Assembly: GCF_028641065.1 (NCBI RefSeq)
Contig: NC_073402.1
Coordinates: 17,608,001-17,672,000 of the forward strand
Direction: 5' to 3'
DNA from: Leucoraja erinacea
Lineage: Eukaryota
Length of the DNA: 64,000 nt
Position numbers and translations under genes: made by a program. Positions 61,857 through 64,000 of this stretch are shown piece by piece. The stretch's first letter is position 1, and every line of letters starts with the position of its first letter. The notes under the pieces were generated by a model, which was given only the letters and a program-made list of their open reading frames with translations, made no database searches and was not told the DNA's origin.

Positions 61857-63106
61857 GGGGTTAAAACCGGGTTTTTTCCCGACCTGGTCCTGAATTATAT
61901 TTGTTGGAGCGCAAGATTTTGTTAAAGAATCGTTCCTACGGCCATTCTGTGTGTTTTTAAAAAAAATTCACCCGACAAGTTAATCGCTGGAACGATTTTA
62001 AAAGTAGCTTCTGAAGCCGTCAATGTCGACAACTGGGACGGATTTTATGGAGGACCAGGTAAAAGAAAGTAGTTTATTATTATGTATAAAAGTGTTTCTT
62101 AAGATGTGTTTAATTCACATTTTAAGTTGTGATACGGTGATGGTGATATTCCCCTCCCCCCCCCGAAGAACCGGCAGTGTATTTGCTGCAGATATAGGGG
62201 TATAAATTCACCGCAACCTCAACGTTCTAAATGGTCCCGTTGCAGAAAATCCCACTCGCAAGCTGATTTAAATGGCCATTAATTTACAAGTATTAAACAT
62301 TAAATTCCTTCCAATTGGCCTATAAAGCCATGACTATGAGATTAAAAAAATTATGTTATATTATGAATTCTTGCGTGAATGTCATTTGGACACTTAGGCC
62401 ATTTAAAAGTGTTAAATCTATTCTTAAGAAATGGATAGATGTTTAGATCTAGTAATTGAATTTTGTAATTAGCTACAATTAGGTAACTAACTAATTATAT
62501 GCTTTAATTTCAAGTCATCCAAGTAAAATTTCTTTCAGTTCTCTTAAATTTTAAGAAAGTTATCGGCCTTTAAATGTTCTCGATCACAGCTTTTGTGTTA
62601 AGTCAATGAAAAAGCATTAGGGAACAAGATGCCAATTTCCGAGTATGAAAATGGCCATAACTTTTTTTAATACTGAAGATATGAAAGTGAATTAGGTGTC
62701 AAATTAAACTTCATTTTATGCTTTATCTGATGGGATAAATTAAAGACTTGATTTTTAAAATCTCAAAATTTTGTAACATTGCTAGGTTATGGTCAGATTA
62801 GTCCTAATTTCATTAAATGACACATGAGAAAGAAGGACTGAATTTTTGATCCCAATTTGATTGCAGCAGTTAAGTTTCAAAGTGCACTGGCGCAGTGAGG
62901 AGCAAATTGCACTTGCATGCCTGTATCTGGGTTTAAAATGAACAAATTGCAGCTGCATAGCTTTATCTGGGATTAAAAGAAGAACACACTATTGCTATTT
63001 GTTGCAGGGCATCAATGGAAGCTACAAGGAGAATCTGATGAAGCTGAATAAGTTTGTGATGGTGAAATTTTTGAAAGATTCTATGGTTGTTCCAGTTGAT
63101 TCAGAG
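50375..63106 (+). CDS. ppt1: Palmitoyl-protein thioesterase 1, copy B (conserved), partial; exons 50375-50495, 52679-52788, 53956-54083, 54179-54249, 55679-55781, 60503-60593, 63008-63106; exons 8-9 not seen in the window
   Basis: [60 protein letters not shown]; exon sizes 121/110/128/71/103/91/99. Confidence 0.94.
52679..52788 (+). CDS. ppt1: ppt1-B exon 2
   Basis: [37 protein letters not shown]. Confidence 0.93.
53956..54083 (+). CDS. ppt1: ppt1-B exon 3
   Basis: [14 protein letters not shown]...GFSQGGQF; AAG acceptor. Confidence 0.92.
54179..54249 (+). CDS. ppt1: ppt1-B exon 4
   Basis: [23 protein letters not shown]. Confidence 0.92.
54538..54830 (+). mobile_element. HE1-type tRNA-derived V-SINE, full length
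   Basis: A box TGGCGTAGTGG, B box GGTTCGATCC, V-domain (ttctccccgtg...ggtttcctccca..ctccaaagac), CR1-like tail and (TAAAC)n end. Confidence 0.88.
55679..55781 (+). CDS. ppt1: ppt1-B exon 5
   Basis: [33 protein letters not shown]. Confidence 0.92.
56010..56380 (-). mobile_element. CR1 LINE 3' fragment in ppt1-B intron 5
   Basis: CR1 3' UTR and ORF2 end. Confidence 0.85.
57790..59390 (-). mobile_element. Young 5'-truncated CR1 LINE with a 370-aa open RT segment
   Basis: [46 protein letters not shown]; (TTTCTATG)n tail. Confidence 0.95.
59555..60170 (-). mobile_element. CR1 LINE 3' fragment
   Basis: [10 protein letters not shown]...[10 protein letters not shown]; CR1 3' UTR. Confidence 0.88.
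60503..60593 (+). CDS. ppt1: ppt1-B exon 6
   Basis: [30 protein letters not shown]. Confidence 0.92.
61450..61655 (-). mobile_element. Short CR1 3' fragment
   Basis: Near-identical to the 3' ends of the 26455 and 57790 copies. Confidence 0.85.
61744..62784. mobile_element. Non-autonomous DNA transposon (hAT-like termini) with 7-bp TSD
   Basis: TIRs TAGgtATGTTACAAAA / TAGcaATGTTACAAAA; TSD GGTTATG (61737-61743 and 62785-62791). Confidence 0.75.
63008..63106 (+). CDS. ppt1: ppt1-B exon 7
   Basis: [33 protein letters not shown]. Confidence 0.92.
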
Positions 63107-64000
63107 GTGAGGATGGAGCCTTTTGACTTCTACTGGTAGTCACCATTATAGTTAAAAATGTGGTTTTATCATATCATTCCCATGGGCAGTTTTTGTTTTT
63201 GAATGTTTTGTCATTTTTCCATAGCTGCATTGAAACTAGCTGTGGGAAGTTTCCATACATACAAAGATAGACCTTTTGCAATGTAAATAAATTAAACTGG
63301 CCTTAGTCTTTTTTCCCCCTCCTTATCTCCCCCCCCCCCCCTTCTCCACAAAAAAACCCAATCTAATAGACTCAGACATTGGTCAGCTATTCATCTCATA
63401 AGCTCGGTATCTAACGTTTTCTCGATAACCAACCATTTTGTTTACACTTTTCCTGCTACTCCAACAGTGAAAACCCACATATGTTCTCTTTATACCTTAA
63501 TTGAGCCCATTTATTCAGCTGCTGCTTTCTACCTCCCATTAATCTCAAATGTTGCTTTTCCTAGTTTCTCCTACTTTTAGTTATTAACTTCCTGATCAGT
63601 AAGGATGTCAAAGTCTACGGGGAGAAGGCAGGAAAAAGGGGTTAATGGAAAAATGATCACTCTCATCCATTCTCAGTAAACTGATCAATTTAATTTTGTC
63701 TTTGAAGTGATCGTAAATAGTTCTCTTCCCTAATGTAATGTCATTACCTTAAGAAATCTTCCCCAGCACCGCCGACAATTTCCCCTTTCTCGTATCATGA
63801 CTCTTTATCCATCTCTCTCATTGCCTCCTCTTTGAATTTCTCCAGACTTTAGCATCGAAAGGCTCCAACAATTAATAAAACTTTATAAAATTGTAAACAT
63901 TCTGTTTAATGGGACATTTTCTCGCATTCATGGCATAATTGACATGCGTGCTTTGAGCTACTTTTCAGACTCCATCATCTCTCCCTCTACATCTTCCAGG

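Noticed and set aside
63081-63100. VVP instead of VDP in ppt1-B as loss of the catalytic Asp
   Set aside because: The catalytic Asp233 equivalent is the D of KFLK-D-S, which both copies retain.

Overview
Eukaryotic (vertebrate) genomic DNA, most likely from a cartilaginous fish (skate/ray). This is inferred from HE1-type V-SINEs and CR1/HER1, Rex1 and Penelope repeats. Four spliced genes can be read exon by exon: rpl11 (- strand, exons 1-3; the rest lies left of the window), a complete but unusually divergent eEF1A gene (- strand, 461 aa, TATA plus TCT/TOP promoter), and a tandem duplication of lysosomal palmitoyl-protein thioesterase ppt1 (+ strand). Copy A is complete, 303 aa and divergent; copy B is more conserved and its exons 1-7 are in the window. 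The rest is dominated by transposable elements. Most notable: (1) a 142-nt non-autonomous retroposon flanked by a target-site duplication (TSD), whose first nucleotide is G1 of a 54-nt HDV/CPEB3-like ribozyme fold lacking P4, just upstream of and antisense to ppt1-B; (2) many Penelope pLTR fragments carrying minimal hammerhead cores; (3) a P-element derivative with a spliced THAP domain, 25-bp TIRs and 8-bp TSD, nested within a Penelope fragment within a Tc1 element; (4) in ppt1-A, a remodelled exon 2, an inverted copy of exon 2 upstream of the promoter, and a duplicated decoy splice acceptor leading to a premature stop. All calls are by eye; no database searches were run.
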